From Tubiluchus corallicola (Eukaryota; Animalia; Priapulida): a DNA stretch of 64,000 nucleotides. The notes below the pieces were generated by a model. The model did no database searches. It was given only the letters and a program-made list of their open reading frames with translations, and had not been told where the DNA came from. Positions 51,484 to 64,000 of the stretch are shown piece by piece. Made by a program: the position numbers and the translations under genes. The stretch spans positions 372,001 through 436,000 of the forward strand of contig JAQGDQ010000097.1 of NCBI GenBank assembly GCA_030141605.1. The letters run 5' to 3'. Each line of letters begins with the position of its first letter. The stretch's first letter is position 1.

Positions 51484-54400
51484 TTATCTTTTGTAGCTTT
51501 GCAGAGCAGTGGCTTGCAAATCTTGCTGCATGATGGCCAAATCTTTTACGTCATCTTTGAGTATAGATATCAGGTGAGCTATTCCATCTTGTTCTTTCTT
51601 TAAATGCTGAAAAAGATGTGTGTGGAATACTTCTATTGCAGTCTTTCTACACAAAACCCATAGACTAGGACCCCTGTGATACATCAGTACTAAAAAATGT
51701 TGATGTGACTGAAGTACGTTACAATGACATTCGGAACTACCAATATGACTGCAGTATCAAAATCTAAGTATGCAAGTTTTTCACTGTAATATAACTTGAC
51801 ATTAATGCGCAAGAATCTGAGTAAAATATGGAAAATGCAATTTTAGATTTCCCAAGCAAGAGTAAATAAAAGTGCAATTAACAGGCTTGCATGGCAGTTC
51901 AATTTCAGTCATTATTATAAAAGCATAATCAAACACAGCCTAGCTGAAAAACGACACAAATTTGGTATTAAATCTCAAAGCTGTTTCCTACTATCATAAT
52001 CGTTCATTTTTCAAGTGATCGATAAACCCAAAATCAAAATGGAAATGTTTGCAACATAACCATTAATAGTTTTAGATTTTCATACTTGTCCTTAATCAAT
52101 AAGCACAATTTCTTAACCACCGTTTATTTTAAACAGCCTGGTTCAATGTTTGGGGTTACTTTACACCCCATATTGTGAATTTGAAAGTTTAACGTGACTG
52201 GTTCCTCAGTGTCACAATATCATAAAACCACACGAGAATTTAAGAAGAATGTGACCAAGTTTTTGAATGAGTTTTAGGACCTTCCAGTTGTTTCTATCTC
52301 AGAAAGTGTGACATCAAGCTAGTTATTGTGCAGAATGAAGTGTTTGCTCACTTACTATTATCCTAGACAATAAAGCACACAGTGTCTTGTCTGCTGCATT
52401 GTTTTGCAATTGGTAGTTATTTTCATCACAAAACCTGATGGACATTGCAACAAAAAAGTGCAATTTATAATGCATACCTGCAGTTATTGTAAACTGGGAT
52501 GCGACATTTCTTACTTTAACCCTAAATGCATGTGCCAAGAGTTTTTTACAATAATTTTTAAATGTTTGCCAATTTTTACCTGTTTAATTTCCTGTTGTAA
52601 TGTTTCGTCAATATTGTATCTGTCTTCCCAACGAGTGTCACCAGTTTGATTTTGCATCCTCATTTGTGACATCAATTCATTCAAACGCCCCTGTCAGTAC
52701 GGAAAATCTCGGTAAGGATGGGCTAATAAAAAAGCTACACTGATCTATGTAAATTAGAATAACATAGCTGAAGAAGGCACAAAAACTAGTGAACTAGTTA
52801 TGCGCAACTTTTCCTTAGGGAGTTAAATCTAAAATGAAATATAAAACCACAGTTTAACAGAAATGGATTTTAGCTAACAATCTACAGTTAATTATATTAG
52901 TACAATACCTTAAATTGTGTTGGTGCATTCAGTTCACTTTGAATGGCTTCCAGATGAACTCGTAACTGTTCCTCGTCAATCTGTATAGCATAACCTTGTT
53001 TCCTAGCCACCTCCTGTCTCTTCATAACCTGCACAAATTAAAGAAACATGCGTTAAAAGATAACACACAGAGGTTTACAAGCAGACTGATTTATTGTTAA
53101 AATATTAAACTGTAAACAGAATAGTAAGTGCCAAAGTGCTACATAAATACTCCGTTAAACAAACAAATGGACATCCAAAGTCAGGAATTACATTCATGAA
53201 TCAAATCGTGTGTGCAGCTGAGAGGTCAAAAACAGAAAGACAGACAACATTTACTTGGAATCACTCATTTAAAAGACAACATTAATGGCTGTTTAGTGAC
53301 TTACACTTACAACAATTATACTTATCAGAATATAACACATAAACGCTTAATAACATCTGGAGTATGTACATTGTTAGCCACTGATCTCCAAATCAAGACT
53401 ACAGCCACTAAAAGTATCTGCTATCTGCACTAAACCTTTCCGCCACAGAGGTAATCGGGACAGTTAGCATATCATCAATCTCATAAACTTACAGAATAAC
53501 AAAATGTTACATGGTTATTGCCAAAAGTGTTAGTAAGTAAGTAAACAATTTATTGTCACTATATTATAATACATATAACAAAATTTCGTGTTGTCTATGT
53601 ACTACAAAAAAAGAAAATTAACACAAACAAATTCAATCAGACATCACAAATTTTCTGAAATCTATTGTTCATAGTACAAACTGGTATAGGATAGAAAGAG
53701 TTTAAATAGCTTGTGGTTTTAGCATTAATTTAGCATTTGTTTAATCCATTCAAAAATAATAGAATTGAACAGCAAGGTATGGCACATTTGTATGAAACGA
53801 GTGTTGCAAAGAGAGTGCGAGTTATCATTAGTGATTAATGTCATCCAGGTAAAAAATCTTTCGAAATGCTTCCCTCTGGCCACAGATACCATTTACTTTG
53901 AATGGATTAAGTAAATGGTATCTGTTGTTAAAACACTGTCATTTACTGCCCCATAAAAACTCCCCATCACAGCAGTGGCAATGTTAAATGATTTAAGTTG
54001 TACAGATGGTGGGAGACCTTCACACAACAGAGCACATTAGCTTCCCATTTCAGACCATCAGTACAACATGATAGGGTTACTCACAGTTCATTAGTGTGCA
54101 CTGGAACTAACTCCAAAACCGGAATTAATATTTTTGAATAAAGAAATCAACTGAGCAATACACTTTGAGCATTTTTCACCAGTTTGTCAGAATAACATAC
54201 CTTTAACAACCTATGACTAAGTTCTAACAGCTTTCGTTTATATTCCAGTACTTTTGCCTGAGTTGTAGCTTGATTTCTTTGTAGTTCTAATATTGCTGAT
54301 GCAATCATCTGCAAAAACAATCTTCTTTTTAAATGTCTGAACTTTTTAAATGTCTTTTTAGATGTAGTAGCATTCTTCATGCTTGCCCAGCAGAAACAAA

Positions 54401-57400
54401 ATTTATCTGCTGCTTTTCCATGTAATACATGATAATGTTTCCTATACAGTACTTTTGTATCACAAAAATAATTCTGTAGTGTCGCTGTAGTAAAAGTTTT
54501 TTTGCTAGTTTCATGACAGGTTTAAGGCATTTAAGCCTGTTTAAAATACGTTTTTTTTAAAAAACAGCCCACCACCTTCCTTTTTTTACGGTGGAAAGCA
54601 ACAGTAGAACCCATCTGAGTAGAATTAGCTTAATTGCTAGCTATCAACATTTAGGTTTCGTGAAACCTAAAAATATTAATATCTACTTGTTATGCTAATT
54701 TCACTAAGGTGGGTGTTACTATTTGATTCTGTGAAGTTACAGCACTCAACTCTCCACACAATTTTGGGTAAACCTAAAAAGTTTTCATGGCTGTCTATTA
54801 TGCTCAAGGAAACTATTTTTTTTGCTTATTTGATGCATTAAATATCTAGTCCACTATTTTCAGTGTATCTAGCACAAATTTTCTGAAAACATATTCCAAA
54901 ATTGATGAAAATCTTAAACAAATGTCAGCTAAGTACTAAAGTAAACACAGATATAACATACATCGAGTCGTCCTTGATGCAGCTTTGTTTCTTGCTCTTG
55001 AAATTTCAATCGCCTATTTAATTCGCTAAAGCCAGTCATAGGAACTGGCATTAACAGATGAGGATTTGGATTATCTAGTTTAGCTTGTTGCCATATCAGT
55101 GGATCTATACCTGCAAAAATCATGAGCATCTAATGGGAAAATGACAAGAATAGCTATATAAGAACTTGCCACATTACAACTAATTTAGTAAAAGTAAAAA
55201 AAAATAACAAGTAAAACAAAAATTCATAAAAAAGAATAATCTACTTAGCAAAGGTAATTTCCTTAATAAAATCAAAGTAAGAAAAAACTTGCAAGGGTTG
55301 ATCTATGTACAAAATTCTTAACTATTTTACGAAAGTTCAAAATTTACTGTACCTCTCTGAGCACTTATTTATAGAGAATAACTTTACTAAGTTAATGCAT
55401 ACACTAAAATACCAAACAGTTATTTTATAATCTGAATATCAAGTTTACCTACCAGCTGGTGGCGTTTTTAAATACTCTTCTAGTTGCTCTTTAGATGGTG
55501 CAACTTTTGGAATGACATTATCAATTCCTAAAGCAGCTAACTGTGATCTGTTAGCATGCAGGAAGTTGAACAGGTCCACAGCTGGTACTCGCTTAGATGC
55601 TCCATTTGGGGAACGCTCTAGGACATAGATCACTACTTCACACCTAGAGTACAACTTACAAGTAAGTCATCATACAAACATTCCTGGCCATCCATACATC
55701 ATTAGACAGCAAACTTAACTTTTTTTGACAAAAAAATCAGCATACTGTTTTAGAGAAAAGGCCAAGCCTTTCGGAATGTTATCTTTATTTGAATGATCAT
55801 AAAAATGTTAAGAGAATTTAGTAATAAATGTGTGATGAGCGTCTCGTGTGCAACCATTTCACGTTTGGACACTCCAATTTTGAATGTCCCTTTTTCCCCC
55901 AATGACGTCATTCGTTGAGCGAAGAAAAGCAACACAGTGGCAATTATATAATAAGTGACATACATAATAAGTTTTTACAAAAAATTAGATGGCTAATTTT
56001 GTGGTATTTTTGCACAAAGATTAGATAAGTTGCAGAAGTGAGAATTAGTTTAAGCAGCATGAGCTCATGGAAAGCCACGAAGTCCATCAGTTAAATCATA
56101 ATTTTCATGCAAACGGTGCTTAAAAATTTCTGTATAGCGGCAACATAAACTAACTTCGTGGTTTACGGACAGTTTTTCTTGCAAATTGCTATATTTTTCT
56201 AAGTTTAAGTAATAACAATAAAATAGACCCAAGATGCTAGCTGACTTGTCCTTTTTTTTAAATACTTTAAAATAGCCTTAGCTATTTAGCAAGTTTTGTT
56301 GAATCAAACTAGAAACAAGAATAATTGGCAGACATTGAAACAATACTAAACAGCCTTAACTGTAAAACATTAATATCAATGACTGCATATTGTTATTAAG
56401 TCGCCTATAGCAAACAATCTCTCAATATGAAAAGGACATTGCTTAATGGTATGTTTTCAGGCAACGTTATGCAACTCGATGTCAGTAATAATTAGCGAGA
56501 ATCTCACTGAGGATTATCAATCACTCACTTGTTATCAGCTAGAGGTTTCACACCATCTACGCACACAGACAGAGTTGGTTTGCTCCCAAATATCTTGTAA
56601 AGGCTGTCTACTAAAACCTGTTGTTGTTGTGTAACTTCGGCATCCTTCTTATTTACAAAAATAGAACACAAGCCGTCTTCGTTTTTTGCAGTCGGTACTC
56701 TACTGTAGCTTACGGCCTGTGAAATAACAAAAAAACTAAATATATTACGATACAAACGACGGTCACGATATACATTATATTATAAACTTTACCTAACTTG
56801 AAATTATCCAGTAATGTATGCAGTAAAACTTTTTTGCATATTTGATAAAGTTAATAGTGCAATAAAATGATAACGAAATGTGATGGATGCACTAGGAAAT
56901 ATCTTTACTTTATCATACAGATGATTAACTCGACTGAGATCAATTACTTTTAATCCAGTGTCAATTAATTCCTAACAATACTTAAACAACATATCTGCTA
57001 ATTCATTGACCGTGCACCATCTAACATCGCACAGATTTCATTGTTTATGAAATCGTGTATGGTTATCCTTAAATCTTGATTTTTGAGGTAAGTATAACTT
57101 TCAGGCAGCAGCATACATTATTTATAGTAAATCTGTGGCAAATATTTGGAATAACATGACAACTTCAGTTTTATCTAATATAAGCAGTAATACAGTAAAA
57201 AGTGAAATGAATAAAAATTTATTTCAGTAATACCAAAATATACTAAACATTAAACACAAGTTAAATTTAACTTTAAGAAAAATTTACCTTAAATCTACAG
57301 AACACATTATCTGGAGTGAAAGTAACAGGAGCAGCATTTGGAGCATACCATCCCTTTCCAGTGCCCCAGAATGCTTGCAGTTGGTGCCATTTGGCAAGCA

Positions 57401-59240
57401 GAGCATCACGTTCATCACCGTAGATTAAAGGCAATGATAATGCAGTAGCTAATGCTGTTAGTTGGTCAGGCAATTGCTGTTGAACTCCTGTACAAAAAGA
57501 TGCAAACAACACTAAAATATCCAAAGAGGTGGGTGGTGTTCCAGGAGGTGGTGGCAACTACTTCAAAGATGTAACTCCTCTTAAAAGTACAACAGGCACC
57601 GAAGATGTCACCATTTAAAAATACAAAAGAGAAATGTTCAAAGATGATGTCTTGTATCACCTATTGGTGGAAAAAAATGAAACCATGTGTCAAAAAGTGG
57701 GGCTAGGTATGGCCTGAACCACTTGGATTTACATAAGCTCAAATGTCATAAAATAGTTAAGTTTGATAAACCTTAAAGATGCCAAAATGTGTGCAGCCAC
57801 ATGTAAGTATACTATGACAGCTTCAACCATGGTATAAGTTAACTTGGCACAAATGTTTCATGTTCAAACCGGAGTACTTGTTAAAATTAAAAATAAATGA
57901 CAGCCCAGAAAATTCACCTAAAGATTGGTGTTCTAAATGCGAACTAGGATTTTTAACAATGATGGGTTGATAACAATTTTCGAATTAATAAAAATGCATT
58001 TTACATCAGTTTTTAATTCAATATAAGTGGCATGAACAGATTTTTAGCATTAATAGAATCACAAACTGTAGTACCGCAGCCCATCACAACAAACACATTT
58101 GTAGCCCCATTATCTTACCTCAGCTTATCTAAAGTTGAAGTTTAGTAAAATGGAAATTAGTTTCTAGTGTAGTCTTAAGCAAACATTAAAAACAGTTACT
58201 ATAACTTGCAAGAATAATAAACAAACTCTTTTCAAAAGGCTCAATAAAGCTTACAACCATAAAAGGTAGAGCAAGTCCTAGAAAAGCTCAATCATATGTT
58301 AAAGCTTACAACTATTTTATGTGAATAGCTTAAAACCTTAACTTTTTACCTGTTTGTCCAAATGCACTTGTAGCTCCAAAACCAAGTGCTGTACTACCAC
58401 CAAAGGCGGAACCACCACCAGTTCCTAATGAAGAACTGGTGCCAAAGCCACCCGTTCCTGCTCCGAAACCACCAGTCCCGGATCCAAAAACAGTAGATCC
58501 AGTTCCAAAACCACTTGTATTAAAGCCAAGAGAACCGGTTCCTGTTCCAAAGCCTCCCGTTCCTGATCCAAATGACCCAGTACCAAAACCACTGGTCCCC
58601 GACCCGAATGCTCCGGTTGCTGTCCCAAACCCACTTGTGCCAGTTCCAAACCCAGCAGAACCGGTTCCAAAGCCACCTGTTCCTGTTCCAAATGTTAGGC
58701 CACCTGTTGTTGTAGCACTTTTTCCTGTACCAAATGCAGTTGGTCCACCAAATGATGGGGTAAACGTATTGGTTCCAAATGCAGAGGTGGTTGTAGTTTT
58801 TGCGCCAAAGCCTGAAAATCCTAAATTAATCAAAATCAAAGCATTCTCAATCAATGGCATCACAAATTATTTTCATTAACCTAATAAAAACTTCTTTAAA
58901 GAACAAAAAGAACTATAACATCACATGTAAAACTTAGAAAAATAAACTTTGAAAAACAGAAAAATCGTAATAATCCATAGACACAAAAAAAACTAGAAAA
59001 AGTAATGTTATTAGAGAAAGAACAAAATTAACGTTAGGCAAACTAAACATTGCAAACATGAAAGTTCACAGTCATCAGACTACTTGACAATATAAGCCTG
59101 CACTATATAATTACGTAAAAGATCATATGATGAGTGAATTTGAACTCACCAAATGAAGGTGCTGTGCTGGTCATTGTTGATGTTGTTGTTGATGCACCAA
59201 AGGTAGTAGATGTTCCAAACCCCGTGCCAAACATATTCAT
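51484..59240 (-). CDS. NUP54: Nucleoporin p54, about 583 aa, 10 coding exons
   Basis: Exons 59240-59150, 58820(or 58811)-58350, 57487-57288, 56716-56529, 55643-55453, 55110-54962, 54308-54201, 53028-52909, 52690-52580, 51606-51484 (1752 nt in frame). FG-repeat N-terminus, GDERDALLAKWHQLQAFWGTGKG, FCRFKAVSYS, PPAGIDPLIWQQAKLDNP, ELNAPTQFKGRLNELMSQMRMQ. Confidence 0.95.
53535..53800 (-). mobile_element. LINE 3' remnant in a NUP54 intron
   Basis: Minus strand AKTTSYLNSFYP resembles the R...YKNSFFP LINE C-terminus, followed by AATAAA and a (TTAC)n tail at about 53535-53552. Confidence 0.45.
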
Positions 59241-59922
59241 TTATAAAAACTCAGTAGTGAAGTTTTCAATGTCTTAACTTAGCAAAAGCAAATAAACACT
59301 GAAAATAAGAAAATAAAAAATTATTAACGATCTCCGGTGCAATTGTACTTGAATAAACAACTAACTTAAAAATGGTACGTGTTGATAGTCTAAGAATGGG
59401 GGTTGTAGAAGTAATGTGTGGGTAGTAATAATCTTGTTATGCGGGTTTGGTTTATTACACGTAGTCAGCAATAAAAGCTCATTAATCTGTAGAATAAAAT
59501 AAGCAAATAAAATTCCAGTGAGTCAAGCTCAAGTGAATTGTACTGACAAAAAAAACTCAAAGCCAATTTAAAATTAAGTTAAATAAACATTAATTGATAT
59601 TCCAATAATTTACATTTTTTAAACAATCTATCTTTTAATTTAAAGTTTCTGCTTCTAAACTTTATATAGCAACAAGTGGCTGGCCTTGTTGTAATGCAGT
59701 CCAAAAATTCTAATAGATTGGTTAAGCATGAACAGCGTTGTATAAATTATTGTTACTTTAAATATTTTGCCGTTTTTCCCACAACACTGACAACTTCCCA
59801 AATAGATACGATACCCATACCTTACTCATCTGTCACATTAGCTATATCAGACTATAGTTACTTGTATAAGTCTTACTCTGCCAAGGTGTATATATATTAT
59901 ATACACACATATATATATATAC

Positions 59923-62583
59923 ATGTTTTCCAACATTAAAGGGCTAGACCAGCAATTTTATTCAGATGATCGAGCAGAAGTCAAACCAACGCAGAAGGTT
60001 TTAGGTATAATTTGGCACTTCCAAACTGACGAGGTCAGTTACTCTTGTCCAGCTCCAAGTGATTTACATGCAGTCAACACAAAAAGAGAAGCACTGAAAA
60101 ATGTATCAGCCGTTTTTGAACCTCTTGGATGGATTAGTCCTTTATTAGTCGAAGCAAAGAGATTCATAGCCACATTATGGAAAGAACATGTTGATTGGAA
60201 CACTGTGTTCACCCAAGAGCAGCAAGTTCAGTGGGAAAATGTTGCAAACACCTTATCATCAATTTACAGTCTGAGGATTCCCAGATACACTGAAACAGGT
60301 GATTTTAGCAAAGTAGATATTGTGTCATTCAGTGACAGCTCTTCATGGTGTTATGGTGCAGTATCTTACTTGAGATTTGTTCAGCCTGATGGATCAGGCA
60401 TTGTAAAGCTGATTTATGCGAAGACTAGGCTTGCACCCCCACGCCAAATTTCAGTTCCGAGACTGGAATTACTTGGAATACTACTAGCAGTTCGATGCAC
60501 CAAGTTTTTATTGACACATCTTCAATTGAATATCAACGAAGTGCACATCTTTAGTGATAGTAAATGCGCTTTATTTTGGGTGCTAAATGGGCGCTCCTTG
60601 AAAATGTTTGTGAGGAACAGAGTGGAAGAGATCAGGTCTCTTCAGAACGCTACATTTCACTTTGTGTCAACAGAAGAAAACCCAGCAGACTTGGCTTCTC
60701 GTGGTGTAAAGGACTCTGAGACCTTAATGAATAGCATATGGTTCAACCATCCAGCATGGTTGAAAGAACCTCAAGAATGCTGGCCACAATCGGATATACC
60801 AGTTACTTCTGCCGAGGATCAGCAACAAATAGATTCTGAAATGGGAGAATGCGAAGTGCCAGTTTTCTTGACAATTAGTGAGCAACCCAATGAGTCAATA
60901 GTTCATTTAACGAGGTACTCGAGTTTTGAGAAGGCAGTACGAGTAACGGCCTATGTCATGAGAGCTTTAGGTAGATGGAAACACACTGAGAATGATATGC
61001 AAACAGGCCTTATGGCATCTGAGCTAGTAAAGGCAGAAATAATTCTGATTAAGCAAGTCCAACGACAACACTTCAGCAAAGAGATCAGAGACTTACAGTC
61101 TAATAAAAACAACTGCTTAGTACAGCAACTAGGTCTGCATTTGGATTCTGAAAACCTGTTGAGATGTAATGGCAGGATTCAACATTCGGATTTTACATAT
61201 GCTAGCACAAATCCAGCTCTCTTGCCACGAAAAGATCACGCCACTCGACTAATTATTCAGAGAGTACATGAGCAACAGCTCCATAGTGGAGTATCACAGA
61301 CATTAGCACAGCTGAGATGTGCAAACTGGGTAGTCAAAGGTCGCGCCGCAGTACATGAAGTAATTCAAGGATGTTTAATCTGTAGACGTGCAAGTGGTCC
61401 ACCATACAAAGCACCACCCATGCCGGGACTACCACCAGCAAGAGTTAACAGAAACTTGGTATTTAGTCAAATTGGATTAGATATGCTAGGTCCATTTTGG
61501 ATTAAAAACCTCACTTCATTGTCAGAAAAACATGAAGTCAAAAAGGTTTGGGCTTGCGTGTTTACGTGTATGAGCACTAGAGCCGTACACTTAGAGCTTA
61601 CAGAAGACCTTAGTACTGAGGAGTTTTTGTCATGTTTCCGCAGATTTGCAGCAAGAAGAGGTTATCCTTCGAAGGTCTTGAGTGACAAGGCAGCACAGTT
61701 CAAACTAACAAAAACTGTCCTGGATAGAGCATGGTCTCAAACTCTCCGCAGCCCTGATGTTTTAGATTATGCAGCTCAGCATCGTATCAGTTGGGAGAAC
61801 ATTGTAGAGCTAGCTCCCTGGTTTGGAGGTTTCTATGAAAGGATGATTGCTATGATAAAGTCAGCTCTTAAAAAATCAACAGGTCTTCTGACTCGAACTC
61901 AGTTGGTAACGCTGCTGTGTGAAATCGAAGGCGTGATCAATTCTCGACCTCTCTGTTACGTAGATCAGGATATCAATTCAATACGCGTCATAATGCCAGC
62001 TGATTTTATATCATTGAAAGGTGACCTTGGCACTTTATATTTAAAAGATGATGATGAGTACAAGCCGAATCAGCCAGACTCTGCAGACAAGGTTTTGCAA
62101 TGCTGGAAAAGAAGACAGATCATCCTGAATACGTTTTGGGACATCTGGAGGAACGAGTATGTGTTGTCAATGAGGGAGTGCTATAACAAACCAATCAAGC
62201 AATCAAGGTCAGCTCTAAAGTCAATGCCTAAAATAGGTGATGTAGTTCTGGTTCAGGATGATCTTCCAAGGAGTCAATGGAGAGTTGGGAGGATACTTTC
62301 TCTAAAGCATAGCCATGATGAGATGTGCAGATCAGTTTCTGTGAGGCTACCTTCAGGCAATATCATCAATTGTTCTATTACCCAGCTTTACCCCCTTGAA
62401 CTGCCTGTAACACAGACCAGTATTACAGATGCCAAGCAGTACAAAACAGATAACACTACACGGCACAAACAAATTAACACACCACAAATAGTTATAGAGC
62501 CCACTAATAAGCGATCAAAAAGAAAGGCAGCTGCGAAAGCTGGTGACAAAATTCGAGGGTGGGTCGAGGACCTAAATTTGTAG
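59923..62583 (+). CDS. BEL/Pao retrotransposon pol, 5'-truncated (RT C-terminus, RNase H, integrase, DUF5641-like tail)
   Basis: KVLGIIW; TKRE...FEPLGW; FSDSS..YGAV; AKTRLAP...VPRLELLG; NPADLASRG; integrase HHCC (HEQQLH...CLIC) and core DMLGP / SDKAAQF / PWFGGFYERM; GDVVLVQDDLPRSQWRVGRI; QLYPLE. 886 codons without a stop. Confidence 0.93.
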   Translation: MFSNIKGLDQQFYSDDRAEVKPTQKVLGIIWHFQTDEVSYSCPAPSDLHAVNTKREALKNVSAVFEPLGWISPLLVEAKRFIATLWKEHVDWNTVFTQEQQVQWENVANTLSSIYSLRIPRYTETGDFSKVDIVSFSDSSSWCYGAVSYLRFVQPDGSGIVKLIYAKTRLAPPRQISVPRLELLGILLAVRCTKFLLTHLQLNINEVHIFSDSKCALFWVLNGRSLKMFVRNRVEEIRSLQNATFHFVSTEENPADLASRGVKDSETLMNSIWFNHPAWLKEPQECWPQSDIPVTSAEDQQQIDSEMGECEVPVFLTISEQPNESIVHLTRYSSFEKAVRVTAYVMRALGRWKHTENDMQTGLMASELVKAEIILIKQVQRQHFSKEIRDLQSNKNNCLVQQLGLHLDSENLLRCNGRIQHSDFTYASTNPALLPRKDHATRLIIQRVHEQQLHSGVSQTLAQLRCANWVVKGRAAVHEVIQGCLICRRASGPPYKAPPMPGLPPARVNRNLVFSQIGLDMLGPFWIKNLTSLSEKHEVKKVWACVFTCMSTRAVHLELTEDLSTEEFLSCFRRFAARRGYPSKVLSDKAAQFKLTKTVLDRAWSQTLRSPDVLDYAAQHRISWENIVELAPWFGGFYERMIAMIKSALKKSTGLLTRTQLVTLLCEIEGVINSRPLCYVDQDINSIRVIMPADFISLKGDLGTLYLKDDDEYKPNQPDSADKVLQCWKRRQIILNTFWDIWRNEYVLSMRECYNKPIKQSRSALKSMPKIGDVVLVQDDLPRSQWRVGRILSLKHSHDEMCRSVSVRLPSGNIINCSITQLYPLELPVTQTSITDAKQYKTDNTTRHKQINTPQIVIEPTNKRSKRKAAAKAGDKIRGWVEDLNL

Positions 62584-62609
62584 GTAGGCTGTTCATGACA
62601 TCTTCCCTT

Positions 62610-62924
62610 GGGGGAGTGTGCTGACGCAATCAGAATGATCACGTGACCAGTGATTGTTTGGCGCACACGAGTCTGCATAAGGCGAGTGTAGAAAAAAGAG
62701 CGGACATGTTGTTTAGATTACTAGTGTTATAAAAAGTTTCGTTAGTGTCTTTATTTGTGAAATTGTCATAGAAGTTTTTGTTTCACACCACAAGTTGTGT
62801 AATACAGAAGATATCAATATACAAATTTTTGTGGCAAGTTTGACTGCTTTACGATTTTCGATATACAAGTAAATTATAGATAATTAGCTCTGAAACTTGG
62901 GCGAAATGACAGGGCATCGCCACA
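62610..62924 (+). mobile_element. Polypurine tract and probable 3' LTR of the BEL/Pao element
   Basis: GGGGGAG (62610-16) immediately followed by TGT at 62617; candidate end GGCATCGCCACA at 62924. There is no second LTR in the window to confirm the end. Confidence 0.6.
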
Positions 62925-63699
62925 GTCACTTACTGACTTTAATATCATATGTGAATTAAGTTAGATAAGAAATAAATACAGGGTACATTATTATATAAAC
63001 AAGGATAGTAAATGATGTAGTAAGATTTGAGAAAAATAGTTTTAATTACACAAGGCACAAAAAAGCATCTTGCAAAAAATGCAACATAAAAATGTAATCG
63101 AGTGCATCATGAAAGAGAAACAGTAGCCTCAAAACAATGTAATGTGGACGCGATTGACGTACGTTGGACATCTATTCACTAATTTAACTGATGAACACTG
63201 ACAAAATAAGAATCGCATAGCAAAAACGAATCAAATTGCTTTGCAAGTAATATATGGAGCCCAATGCATTTGATTCATAATGTATTCATACCTGTCAACC
63301 TGTTATTAGCGTTGCCCTTATGGTCTTGCTAAACCTTATAAGACAGCACGGGACCTTACGGAATCTGAAAATATGTTAATTTGCTGGGAGCCAACAGAAA
63401 CAGACCAGTCACGAGATCGCATATCAGTCCACACAACAACAAAAAAATCATTGGAACATGATTTTATTGTCTTGTTTTCATGAAAAAAAAACTATTTAGT
63501 TATGGTGTGATATTATTTATGTATGCATATCAGATGGAATTTTGTAACAAACACTTAACTTTATATATACTTCTAACTATATACTAGAAAAATATATAGA
63601 AACATATATATTAAAAAAAGAAGACAAAACACACAAAAACGAGAGAGGGTTCAAGTTAATCTCACATTCTTCCTTATATCCTGTTATACAATCACTGAA

Positions 63700-63903
63700 T
63701 TACTTTACTGCAAAACTGAATGACGCTCGCACTTTCACATTTTTCCTACATGGAACACAAAACGAGTAGTCGGAGCCTTCTGACGAGGCTTTCACCCATC
63801 CAGCGTATGCTCCACCACAAAACTTTGGGCTCTCCCATTCTTTTAAATGATGTCCAGTTCCAGTTTTTTGCTTTTTCGCCGGAGGAACACGTTCGCTTGC
63901 CAT
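63700..63903 (-). pseudogene. Truncated BED-type zinc-finger ORF (hAT transposase-like N-terminus)
   Basis: MASERVPPAKKQK...KEWE...GWVKAS...SFCVPCRKNV has an NLS, the W..W spacing and CxxC of BED fingers, but stops before the His ligands. It could instead be a spliced first exon. Confidence 0.5.
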
Positions 63904-64000
63904 GTTTTTTTTCACGAATGAAATAGCGGAAGTGGTTAACCGGATGTTAAAAATTATTAGCTGAGTGTGCGCAATGACAGCCTTTGAACGGAAGTAAGAT

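Noticed and set aside
53365-53478. Possible intronic snoRNA in NUP54 (minus strand: TGATGA, two hairpins, ATAGCA, ACA)
   Set aside because: No D box, no clear pseudouridylation pockets and no recognisable rRNA guide. An Rfam/snoReport scan would settle it.
57490-57660. GC-richer patch with acceptor-like sites in a NUP54 intron
   Set aside because: Candidate extra exons hit stop codons in the required phase; the gene model is complete without them.
58439-58879. Proline-rich 146-aa plus-strand ORF (PKPPVP repeats)
   Set aside because: Antisense shadow of the Gly/Thr/Phe codons of the NUP54 FG exon.

Overview
AT-rich animal (invertebrate-like) nuclear DNA with GT-AG introns. Genes from left to right: first coding exon of phospholipase C-gamma (-, runs off the left edge); 9-exon beta-secretase BACE (-); 10-exon BTB-BACK-Kelch gene (-, about 1186 aa) with a ~480-aa low-complexity insert; intronless SDE2 (-); 10-exon SLC22A15-like transporter (+); 10-exon NUP54 (-); a 5'-truncated BEL/Pao LTR retrotransposon (+); and a BED-finger fragment at the right edge. 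Introns carry many MITEs and LINE remnants. The main hidden feature: two ORF-track fragments (23800..24309 and 24349..24753) are one 317-aa reading frame with two in-frame TGA codons in an LLRHYM-U-NP-U-RKHV motif. This is a selenoprotein L (UxxU) gene with a well-formed SECIS at 24790-24877 and an SRE-like hairpin 6 nt after the first UGA. It is intronless, lies antisense inside an intron of the Kelch gene, and is bracketed by two inverted copies of one Harbinger-type MITE. All gene models were built by hand from splice signals and reading-frame continuity. Family assignments rest on recalled motifs; no searches were run.
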